A DNA stretch of 60,408 nt from Octopus bimaculoides (Eukaryota): the NCBI RefSeq assembly GCF_001194135.2, contig NC_069000.1, forward strand, positions 20,320,897 to 20,381,304, given 5' to 3'. Both the position numbers and the translations under genes were made by a program. This document shows positions 49,952 through 60,408 of the stretch, in pieces; within the stretch, counting starts at the first letter, position 1; each line of letters opens with the position of its first letter. Under the pieces are notes generated by a model that saw only the letters and a list, made by a program, of their open reading frames with translations, had not been told where the DNA came from and searched no databases.

Positions 49952-49975
49952 TGACTCACATTTTGGCGCGGGAAA
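49952..49975. promoter_or_regulatory. AP-1 site next to overlapping inverted E2F-type sites
   Basis: TGACTCA (49952-49958) and TTTTGGCGCGGGAAA (49961-49975), which contains TTTGGCGC on + and TTTCCCGC on -. Motif match only. Confidence 0.3.
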
Positions 49976-50161
49976 CACGCGTCAGAGTCTGTTGAAGTGT
50001 GCGGTTATGAAATGTTGCGGCTGTTACCGTTTTACATGTTGTCTGTAAGGGGAAAAGTACACATGTGTATATGTATGTGTGTGTGTGTGTTTGTCTGTGT
50101 GTGAAAAAGTAAGAGAGAGAGAAAGACAGACAGACAGACAGACATACAAAAATAGATAGAA

Positions 50162-50218
<57 letters not shown>

Positions 50219-51167
50219 AGGGGGATACACGTATGTATGAGTGTGCATGTTTGTGTCTGTATGCATGCATGTCTGCGCATTATGTATGTGTTTCACTATG
50301 TGCAGTGTGTAATCAATACACGCAGTGAAAATGCTTGTCGGACACCCATATATGTGTATGTGTGTGTGTGTGTTTATCTGTTTATGCTATGCTTGACTCA
50401 TGCATATGGACACAGACAGACAGATAAATAGATAAGCTGATTTTCACTAAAATGAATATATATTCTCTGAGTAATTCTCAGATTTAGCGAGGTTTTGTTT
50501 TAAGACCATGTTTCGCCGAGGAGGTCCAATAAAAGCGAAACATATTCGAATTGTCACCATACCTTACGATCATGCATAACTCCCACCGCATACTCCCATA
50601 AGTTTTGGAGCTTTGTTCATGTTTGACAAGAATAATCCTTATCATAGATAATTTCTTTTCAGTACAAGCATTATTTTAAATAATTAAAAATTGGCGCGCG
50701 TGTAAGTCGCTCATTACATTCAGAATGTATCGCCGGTAAATTTCTACTCTTAGTTCCTTTGATGTCCAGATATCAAAGGGGGTTTCGTCGAGTCTATCTT
50801 TCTTTTTTTTTCTTTTTTTGGTAATACAGAATAGGAAATCTGAAACATGTGTAGAATTACTATTGCACTTTTACCAAAAATATGAAGCTCCTCACCCAGC
50901 CGCTCCCATTCATTTTAAATCAATTTGAGTCACGGAGTTATCTCCCTTGTCGCTGACAATAACTATCATTGAAACAACTAATTTTCCCCATCATAGTGCA
51001 ATTTTAAAGTAGATATTTGTGTGGGCTCACAACATTGTCTATCTTAGCGTTTACTTGTGTACGTGTAATTCATACAAAAGATATTGCTGGAAAAGGCAAG
51101 CCAGTAGATTTATTACTAGATAGTCGGTTCAATAAATAAATCGATGAATAAATAGACAGATAAGCAA

Positions 51168-51251
<84 letters not shown>

Positions 51252-51666
51252 GTTCGTAGGTCGGTTGGTATGTATGTGGGGTATGTAGGTGGATAGGATA
51301 TATGAAGGTAAATGGCTGGATGGATAGATAGATATAGATATAGGTAGATATAGATTGATAGATAGATAACTGACTTTAAAACATAAAAGAAGTACCGGGG
51401 TCAATTCTTTCGACTTACATTTTTCAAGGTGCTGCTCTAGATTGGCTGCTGTTTAATGACGGAAACGAGTAAAAGAAAGATAAATGTTTATGAAATGATT
51501 ATTGTGCTACAAGAACGAATAATGCTAAAATCTTCTATAAATATGTATATATTTATATATGTGGATATGTGCATGTGAATGTGTGATAAAATATAAACAC
51601 ACACGTAAAGGCTTAGCTGGGGTCAGGTACATCATAAGGTAATTGTTGAAATTATGATAATATAAA

Positions 51667-52909
51667 TACGAGGGTGGTCTGAAAGGTTGATAGGCTGACT
51701 GCCAAAGAGTGATGCTAGAGCTGTGAAATCTTCCATGCATTAATTTCAACTCTCCTTATTAATACCTACTTTGTCTCTTTTCAGGTATGCTGATATTTGA
51801 TTGTTCAAAGAAGATTTCAAATGTAACTGGTGGCGACTTCACTTTGAAATGGACAAAATTTAGCATCGTGCTATTATCAAGTATCTACAGGAAAAGGGTT
51901 TAATCCCGCCAGGGCATTCATGCTGACATGTTTGCTACAGTAGAGGGTGACGCTCCAGCTTTATCAACAGTGCAAAAGTGGGCAGCTGAATTTAAGAGGG
52001 AAAGGGAGAGTCTTGAAGATGACCAAAGGTTCGGACGTCTGACATCACCGACGAAAACATTGATCATGTTCACCACGTGGTGATGGATGACAGGCGATTG
52101 ACTATAAATCAAATAGCCAATGCTTTTAGTAGCATATCTCGTGAGAGAGTTGAGAATATTTTGCACAATGAATTTGGCAATCGAAGGATTTTGCTTGATG
52201 GATGGATGTTACATCTTCTGACACGTAATCAAAAGCGCATCAGACTGATCACATCACGGGAAATTCTGACATTGTTTGAGACAGGTACAGCTTGTTTCCT
52301 TAAATGTTTCCTAAGCTATGATGAATTACTTTGAGCTAGAGACAAAGCTACATTCTATGCAGTGGACTGTAGCTCCAAAGACAGAGGAGGCGATGGCCTC
52401 AGTTTTTAGGGATGCAAACGGCATTGTGTTTATTGACTATCATAAATGGAGTGTAACAAACTTCCGGAGGCAGTTGCGGAAGGCTACCAATACCAAATTT
52501 CAGGAAAACTGACAAAAGAGGTCTTGTTTCATTAAGGCAATACTCCAGCACACAAGTCCTTGGTTTCTATTGCAGCTGAGTGTGACTGTAGTTTGGAGCT
52601 GGTTGATCATCGTCCCTATTTACCTGATAAGTTCCCTATCATCTGTTCCTCAATATGAAAAAAAACTTGAAAGGGAATCAGTTTTGTTGTGATGATGACG
52701 TCATATCTGCTGTTGATGATTTTTGAGCAATAAGATGAAAGCTTCTTCACCAAAGAGATCCAACCACTGCAACTACGATGGAAGAATTGAAGTTAGACTA
52801 GTATTTTCCTTTCCCTTTTTAGATTCATTGGTTTGCGGTTTTCCTGGGACACTTCCTTCAATGAGCATATTGAGCATATTGAGCATATTGAGCATATTTA
52901 CCCCTAGTA
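51667..52909 (+). mobile_element. Near full-length degenerate mariner (D,D34D) transposon
   Basis: 5' TIR TACGAGGGTGGTCTGAAAG. MDKI*HRAIIKYL..STVQKWAAEFKR..DDRRLTINQIA..ISRERVENILHNE..ASVFRDANGIVFIDY..GNTPAHKS. 3' end CCCCTAGTA. Confidence 0.93.
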
Positions 52910-53419
52910 ATTAATTTTAAGTTTGGGACTTAATTTATCAATTGGCATTTGGTGAACTGCTGTGTTCATCAACAACATCGCTGGTTGTAAGACGTATAAA
53001 GGTAAGCACATACACGCGGACGCTAATACAAACACTCACTCACTAGGATTATATATATGTGTCTGTCCACTAAATTTCACTCGAGGCACGATTACTATGT
53101 ACTCAAACCCACATAGTAGCGATGCGAACTTTTTAGCAATTCAGCCAAGTCTGCGTCGACAGTACTGATATTTTCGTTGTGGTTGTTGTTGTTGTTATTG
53201 TTGTTGTTGTTGAGAATACATACCTCAGTGGGGCGGCTACTATACTCCCTTCAATGGATGTGTGGTTCAAGTTTAGCAACATTAACTTTGCTCTGATATG
53301 AAAATGAGACTGCAGTACAACGTTTCTGATTTGTTAAAGCTTCACCAACATAGCCGCATAGTCGCAGAACAATATTATAGGTAAGTTATGTCTTCGATTT
53401 CAGTATTCATACATAAATG

Positions 53420-53700
53420 AAGGGTGGCAAGTTGGCAAAATCGTTAGCACACCGAGTACATTTGGGATACTTAGAATTCTTAGGGGCATTTCGTTCATCT
53501 TTACGTTCTGAGTTCAAATTCTGATGAGCTCCACTTTGTCGAGCTCCGATTCTTTCAGAGTCTTGATTCTTTCGGAGACTTGATGAGCTCCGATTCTTTT
53601 GGAGTCTCGATAAAGTAAGTACCAGTTCTGCAGTTAGGTCGATGTAATCAACTTACTCCCTCCCCGAAATTACTGGCCTTGTGCCAACATTTGAAACCAA
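53420..53700 (+). mobile_element. SINE family B with internal tandem duplication
   Basis: GGCAAGTTGGCAAAATCGTTAGCAC..TTTACGTTCTGAGTTCAAATT..CGATAAAGTAAGTACCAG..GGCCTTGTGCC; GAGCTCCGATTCTTT is repeated. Confidence 0.65.
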
Positions 53701-55859
53701 TATTATAGATATGTTATATCTTCAATTTCTTTCGCTAGTTAAGATCGTTTACTTCTAAACGTAAAGTGGAAAATATATATATAATACCTCAATGTCGAAA
53801 AAATGCAAAGGAAGAACAATAACTTTCAAGATGTTCTCTCCTAAAACTGTAGATTCAGTCTCCCCTAATTGGATTCTACACTATCTAAAATATGAAATGT
53901 TTCAAACAAGATACAGTTATAAAATAAATCATGTATTTCATGGTTCTCTATGAATTCAGTTTTTTTTTTTTAAATTGTGGCATCTCTTTCGAGTTCTACA
54001 AAGTCTCATTAATGTAATTTCAGTTTCCATTGTTAGTATTGTTATAAACAAAATTAACTTTAGCATAATGATTCGTATATTTAGAGACATTTGAAGATAT
54101 CATGTTTTGTGCAAGCTTGAATGTGGCAGAATAAGATAACAATATGGCCATGAAATATCTTATAATATCTATGTTTTAAAGGTAGGTGCTGCTTGAGTAG
54201 CTATTGAATGTAGGTTGCAACTAGTCTAAGTAGGTCTATGCTTCCTAAGAATACACTCGTTTTCTTTTTATATATAAAATACATCATAGCCTCAAATGGA
54301 CTTCGTACCAAAGTCACATTGTGGCAATTTGAATCGTTCTGAAAATGTGGGCCTAGCAGACAAACAAAATAATCTCAATGAAATAAATTCTAAGATATTT
54401 CATAATATTGGAAAGATGGGTAGAAATTTATTGCTATAATTCAGAGTCTTGTCAAGTTTTCTAGAGGGATAAACTAGGTCATTATGCAGATTAAGGATCA
54501 CTGCCAAGAAATTTACTTTAGACATAATCTGTGTCAAAAGTAATCGAATGACTATAGCCATTGAGAAAAAGAAATCAAATCCCTCCTATTTTTTTTCTAT
54601 AATGCAATGCCTTTGTTATTCTAAGTCAACAGTCGTTCTGATATCGATTCTTTTCCTCATTAGAGAATTTCGCCCCATGATGGAACTATATAAATGTACC
54701 GACAAGATCAATGAACTCTGCTCCAAACCCACATCAAATTGATACTTACAGATTATTTTACCGAAATTAAATCATCAAAGTTTTTTTTTACATTTTTGTT
54801 TACCGTTTACCAAATATGAACAATTGCATCTATTTCTATATCATTAAACTCCTTTATTTCCTTCACAAAATTAGTAATGCTAAGTAGTGACGTTGATGTT
54901 ACAGACGAATAAAGATCGTTGATATCGAATTGGATTTATCTGGTTAAACTCTTATAAGGGATACCTTTAAACCAATCTTTCAGTTCAAAACAATTACTCA
55001 AAAGAATTACTCTTAGGCCTTATCCTATCCAGCATTCTTTTATAATACTTTGTTTACCCCTAACCGACTTGGTAGCATGATCCTAGGTCTTGTAGTTCAG
55101 AAGAAAATGTTGAAAACCGAATTATTCATATTACTCATAGTATTCATCACAATTTATAGTAACAGCTTACATAAGAATGGTAATAACTCTTTGCAAACCG
55201 ATAAAAATTACTAGTTTTGTCAGAATGGTTATGAATGACATTGGAAACTCTGATGTTTCTTATTTTGTCATTCAAATCATGGTGCAGGAGATTGTCTTTC
55301 TGAATTTAACGCCCCAAAATAAGAGCGAATAAATCCTTCTCAAGCAGTAGTAGTAATGAGTTATGAGGAAGACATACGATTCAAACTGAAATCTTCCTTA
55401 CTGTTTTCCAGCTTATCAAAACACAAGCTCTGTTATTGAAATCTTAAGCTCATTGTATCTTTTAATAAATAGATCGGTTTTCAGAATAGGAATTTTCAAA
55501 CATGATTCCCTGTTTGAAATTGCAATAGTTTAAGTAAGATTATCAAGCCATAGCCATACTACTTTTCTATCTCTCCTCTTTGTGTACGAAAGTCTCATTC
55601 CTTATATGGAAAGAACAATCGAGACGCAGGAAATCTAGTATGAATTGATCAGATCTTTGCACTCAGAAATGCTATAAACAGTGACTTAAGTGACATGATT
55701 TACTCTGCACCGATTTCAAACACTTTTAAAATACATTTGGTAATGTACACAGTGGAACCCAATTGAAGATCTTGAGATTACATAGAATCTGAGAAAATAG
55801 TCGCTCTAGCTAGTCCGTTCTATAACCATTTTGAATTCATCATGATCATTAATAACAAG

Positions 55860-56440
55860 ATATCCTCAGAATGGTTTTCGGTTGAATCTGGCGTGCGATA
55901 GGGTTTTTCTTTCATTCTCCCTCAAGTTATCATTGACTGAATTATGTAGAAGGCTACATCACCTAAACCCATGAGCAACGAATGCACATATTTCTCTCAT
56001 TTAAATGATTTTGAGCATGCGGACCACCTGGCAGCCCTCTCCCAAAAAGAGGTTGCCTACAGGAGAAAACTCAAAGGGTTGACAACTATAAAAAGCAGAC
56101 AGTTTCTAACATCAATACCTTAAAACACAAATAATGCACATTAATTCCAGTCACATTACTTTGCATATGATCAACTACAACAGTATTTTATTTGCCAAAA
56201 GCTACCATACAAATCACGTTATTAACAGCTACTAACTATGCATTTAGTAACTTACTGCACATGCTGGTATCATTTTATACAATACGACATTATTCAGCCG
56301 CTTGTTGTACTGTTGGGTGTCTTTGGATGAAGAGGGCTACGCATGACGGACATGCTACAGAAGGCGCCACTCAAAATTATGACCAGGTCAGCGGCAGTTC
56401 GTTGCAGTTTCATAACTGTATCCTGCATGTCTGATTCTTC
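55860..56440 (+). mobile_element. Degraded RTE-like LINE RT and 3' end
   Basis: SEWFSVESGVR*G, LNDFEHADHL (YADD), QEKTQRL, NINT.KTQIMHIN and RQFVA near the end. Confidence 0.6.
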
Positions 56441-56964
56441 CGCAGAAGGTCATGAAATCAATGTGTGAGTCACTTCCTGGCAAACTGAGGCCCAACTTAA
56501 GCAAATCCACACCATTGGCACTTTCTTCTACTCGACAACGATATGGCATTAATTACTATATTATACATGTTATTATCTACTATAGTATATTATGTGTATC
56601 TCCACTACATAGCTATTCGTGTAGATATCTATCGTTGTCTATAGGTCTTTTACTACTACGCCATACATACCTGGAATCTTACGTCATTAGCTACGAATAC
56701 ATTAAATCTTAATATTTACTTTTCTATTATCCTTTCATTATTTTACTCGTTTCATTTATTGAACCATAACCGTGTTAAGGATATCATCTTCACTTTTTAC
56801 TTTAGATAATCTTATCAATCGAAGTATTTCTTTTATTTATCGAAAACTGTTTTATCAAATAGCTAAGTTATCATTATGACATACTATTATTGCTTTATGT
56901 TATCAATAATATTGTAGACAAACAAATCCTACGAACGAGATGCAGATATACGCCTTTATACAAA

Positions 56965-57170
56965 AGTGGCGAGGCGGCAGTATCTTTAGTCCATGAGACA
57001 AAACGCTTAGCGGCAATACTTCTGAGTTTACCGTACGATTTTAAGTTCCACTCGAGTAAGCCCGGCCCTTCGTCCTTTCGAGGTCGATAAAATAAGTACC
57101 AGTTGAGTACTGGGATCGATGTAATTCCCAAAATTGCAGTCCCCGTGCGTTTAGTAGAAAGGATAGGAGT
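56965..57170 (+). mobile_element. Degenerate SINE family B
   Basis: TCCTTTCGAGGTCGATAAAATAAGTACCAGTTGAGTACTGGGATCGATGTAAT. Confidence 0.65.
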
Positions 57171-58381
57171 ATTCATATATATGTTAGTGTGTACACACAT
57201 ACACACACACACACACACACATGCAAACGCATATAGGTAAAGTAATATTAAACTGTATAATATAATATTCATATAATATCTTCCAATATTTATGAGGTAT
57301 ACATGTGCATGTATACGTGTATGTATATANNNNNNNNNNNNNNNNNNNNNNNNNNNNNNNNNNNNNNNNNNNNNNNNNNNNNNNNNNNNNNNNNNNNNNN
57401 NNNNNNNNNNNNNNNNNNNNNNNNNNNNNNNNNNNNNNNNNNNNNNNNNNNNNNNNNNNNNNNNNNNNNNNNNNNNNNNNNNNNNNNNNNNNNNNNNNNN
57501 NNNNNNNNNNNNNNNNNNNNNNNNNNNNNNNNNNNNNNNNNNNNNNNNNNNNNNNNNNNNTATATATATATTTGATTATAACTGTGAGTCTTTTATTGCC
57601 ATATAATTCTGCACACACGCATATACTGATAAACCATTATGGTTAGATATTTTATATATGTATGTCTATATGTACATATATAACTATATATGCATATATT
57701 CTATTCTACCTTATTTCATTTATATTCTTTTTTATTTCTATATTTAATTTTTATTTTATTTTCTATCTTTTTATTTTATTCTACTTCTTATTTTATTTCA
57801 TGGTATTCTATATTTTGCTTTATTCTATTATATTCAATATCTCACTAAGGTAATCTGTGAATAAAGTGCGTTATTAGTTCTTTACCGATTCCAAACGACC
57901 GGTAATGTCTTTTTATTTGCTAGCCCTGCATATTTTTCTGCTCCATTCCTTACGGCTGACTAGGAGAAACTACAGCGGACATTTGCAGTGCATTCTTAAT
58001 TTTGCGTAAAATACACCTGATGTACTTTTGAAACAATTGTAGTTCTTTTCATTTGAAGATTTCATATCGCAGATTTGATAATCAAATCATTTGTAAATCT
58101 GTAAATGATTATCAGATCATTTACAAATTTGATAATTGCATTTTAAGCAACATTTCTTGTTTCTGAAGTGGAGTTGTATAACACTTGTCGTCGGAATTAT
58201 CTGTTTTATCTCAATAAGAGACAAACTGCATTTAATACACTGATTAATAAGTTTTTTTATTACTTTCAAAGTCCACTGTATTTTCAATACAAGCCGTCTT
58301 TAGGCTAAAGACTAACAACAACCATACATATATAAATATATATCTGTATATAGATATACATACACACATGTGCACACATGT

Positions 58382-58506
58382 CGGAGCCTCCTGAAGCTTT
58401 AGGTGTTTTCGCTCAATAAACACTAATAACACCCGGTCTGGGAATAGAAACCGTGATCCTGCGACCGCGAATCCGCTTCCCATATCACTGCGCCATTCCG
58501 CCTCCA
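58382..58506 (-). mobile_element. tRNA-derived SINE family C, 5' part
   Basis: GCTTTAGGTGTTTTCGCTCAATAAACAC..GGTCTGGGAATAGAAACCG matches 14279-14399. Confidence 0.85.
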
Positions 58507-58544
58507 CTAAATTCATCACAATATATTTCAAGAACGCGAAAACT

Positions 58545-59565
58545 TTATTCATCAAAGTAAGTACCATTACAATCAACTACATTTTTTACCAACGAGTTAC
58601 AAGTTTGTTTATTCCGCTAACAAAAAAAATCTGGAGTTCTGCAGCTGATGAACTCTTTGAATGTACTTTCAGCATCGGTTTGATTTTCGAACTCCTTCGC
58701 TCGCAGGAAACCATCAAGCTGCTTAAAAAAGTGGTAGTCGGTAGGAGAAAGGTCTGCGGAATAAACTGGGTGGGGAAGAACTTTGTAGCCAAGTTCCTTC
58801 AACTTTTGGTGCGTCATTAGTGAAACGTGTTATCGAGCATTGTCATGAAGAATGATTGACCCTCTTCTGTTGACCAATTTGGGACGGAAGAGTAGCAGTT
58901 TTTCTTTCATTTTGGCAATTTCATGGCAATATGTTTCTGCAGTAATAGTTTTTCCGGGTTTTAAGAAGCCATAGTGGATGAGTCCAGCAGTACACCACCG
59001 AACAGTCACCATAACCTTCTTTTTAAAGAGCTCGGATTTAAGGAAGGTTTTCAGTGCTTCATTTTGGTCCAACCACTGCGAAGAACATTTTTTATTATTG
59101 TACAGAATCCACAAGTTATAATACGGTCGAGAAATGGATCTGTCTGTTTACGGAGAAGCGACAAGCAAATTTCATATCTGCGCATTTTCTGATTTTCATT
59201 CAATTCGTGTGCTACTCATTTGTCGAGCTTTTTTATTTTTTTCGATAGCCTGCATGTAGTTGCAGGCATTTTCTTCGCTAACTTGAAGTTCTTTTGCCAG
59301 TTGTCGAGTGGTTTTACGTGGATCTTTCTCAACGATGGTCTTTAATTGATCGTCATCGATGATCGATGGGCGTCCACTACGCTCAAGATCTTCAAGGCTC
59401 GGGTCTCCACTGCGAAATCGTTTAAACTATTTTCAAGCTGACCACTCACTGGTCATTCCCTCACCAAACGTTTCGTTGATATCACAAGCAGTTTCAGCTG
59501 CTTTACGTCCTTTTTTTGAAGTTGAATAGCAAAATTGCTCGAATATCGTGCTTTGACAGTTCCAT
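58545..59565 (-). pseudogene. Mariner (Hsmar1/cecropia-like, D,D34D) transposase pseudogene
   Basis: MELSKHDIRAILL..FKRFRSGDPSLED..RSGRPS..FLDRIITC..WILYNN..IILHDNAR..HPVYSADLSPTDYHFFKQLD..DCNGTYFDE*. Full length with stops and frameshifts; TIRs not identified. Confidence 0.95.
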
Positions 59566-60059
59566 TTCAGATGATTGTAACAACGGTGAAAGAAATATCA
59601 ATGTTAATTTACTGATGCATTTGGGCAAGTCTATGTCTGTATTATCAGACAATTGCAAAAAAATGTTTTAAAAATTCAAAACTCTGCAAAAGTNNNNNNN
59701 NNNCGATCTTATTTATGTATGTATGTATGTACGTATGTATGCATGTATGTGTGTGCATCTGGAGATGTATACATGTTGATGCTAATAAAGCTTGATAAAT
59801 GTGTCACTCAGTGGGAACGAACTCGGAACAACATAGATGCAAAGCGAGAGATTTTACCACACAGTCACCACAACACATTCACATTTGCCCATTTTTTTTT
59901 TTATTATTTGTTTCAAGAAAGAATTTCTTTTGAACTTTTGTAAATTCCGTTTTCTTACTAAAAATATTTCCACTTCACCCTCTAAAAAAAAAAAAAAAAA
60001 CTCTATTCGCAGACATCTGCCAATTTCCCTTGAGCTTTCATTCGTATTGTTATTGATAC

Positions 60060-60245
60060 TGCAGCACCAGTAGCAGCAGTAGAATAGTAGAAGTAATAAT
60101 AATAATAATAATAATAATAGTAGTAGTAGTGGTGGTGGTGGTGGTGGTGGTAGTTATAGTAGCAATAAGAGTAGTACTGGTGACGGTGGTTATAGTAGTA
60201 GTAATAGCAGCAGCAACAGTAGCTGCAGCAGCAACAGTAGTAGTT

Positions 60246-60302
<57 letters not shown>

Positions 60303-60310
60303 TTGTAGTG
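60060..60310. repeat. Compound trinucleotide microsatellite (TAA/TAG/GGT/CAG)
   Basis: Direct reading. Confidence 0.97.
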
Positions 60311-60371
60311 GTAGTCGTTGGAGTCGCGATGTTTGTAGCGTACGTTGTTTTATACACAAATATATATATAT

Positions 60372-60408
<37 letters not shown>

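Noticed and set aside
53520-53545. CTGATGA-GCTC..GAGC hammerhead half
   Set aside because: No GAAA follows; it is a mutated SINE family B segment.
874-60381. Long ORFs rich in X, YI, HT, CV, LS or poly-Y/L
   Set aside because: They are translations of N-gaps and di-, tri- or tetranucleotide microsatellites, not genes.
1-60408. CRISPR array, prokaryotic operon or rRNA
   Set aside because: No regular repeat-spacer array, no gene-dense region and no rRNA-like sequence; the DNA is eukaryotic and repeat-derived.

Overview
Eukaryotic, AT-rich, microsatellite-dense draft scaffold with about 20 N-gaps. The tRNA-derived SINE families and repeat landscape suggest a cephalopod (Octopus-like) genome; this is inference. 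No intact host protein-coding gene, rRNA, functional tRNA or CRISPR array is supportable. Nearly all listed ORFs are read-throughs of N-gaps or microsatellites, or broken transposon frames. The window is a transposable-element graveyard: three mariner (D,D34D) copies, one maT-like Tc1/mariner, a Chapaev3-like (CMC) transposon, LINE fragments (CR1/L2, R4/Dong, L1-Tx1, RTE, Penelope), many tRNA-derived SINEs and several fold-back elements. Most notable: (1) a 327-bp MITE with 23-bp TIRs and a perfect 9-bp TSD (Merlin-like) whose interior is head-to-head (TTAGGG)n/(CCCTAA)n telomere-like arrays, 21515-21841; (2) a ~256-bp palindromic insertion with a 14-bp TSD carrying a minimal type-I hammerhead ribozyme motif in each inverted arm, 17533-17788; (3) a second, different minimal hammerhead motif, 48518-48559; (4) a tRNA-Asp-derived mini-SINE and CORE-like SINEs sharing their 3' tail with a CR1-like LINE in the same window; (5) retroelement ends sitting in specific microsatellites. 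Element boundaries are approximate unless a TIR or TSD is quoted.
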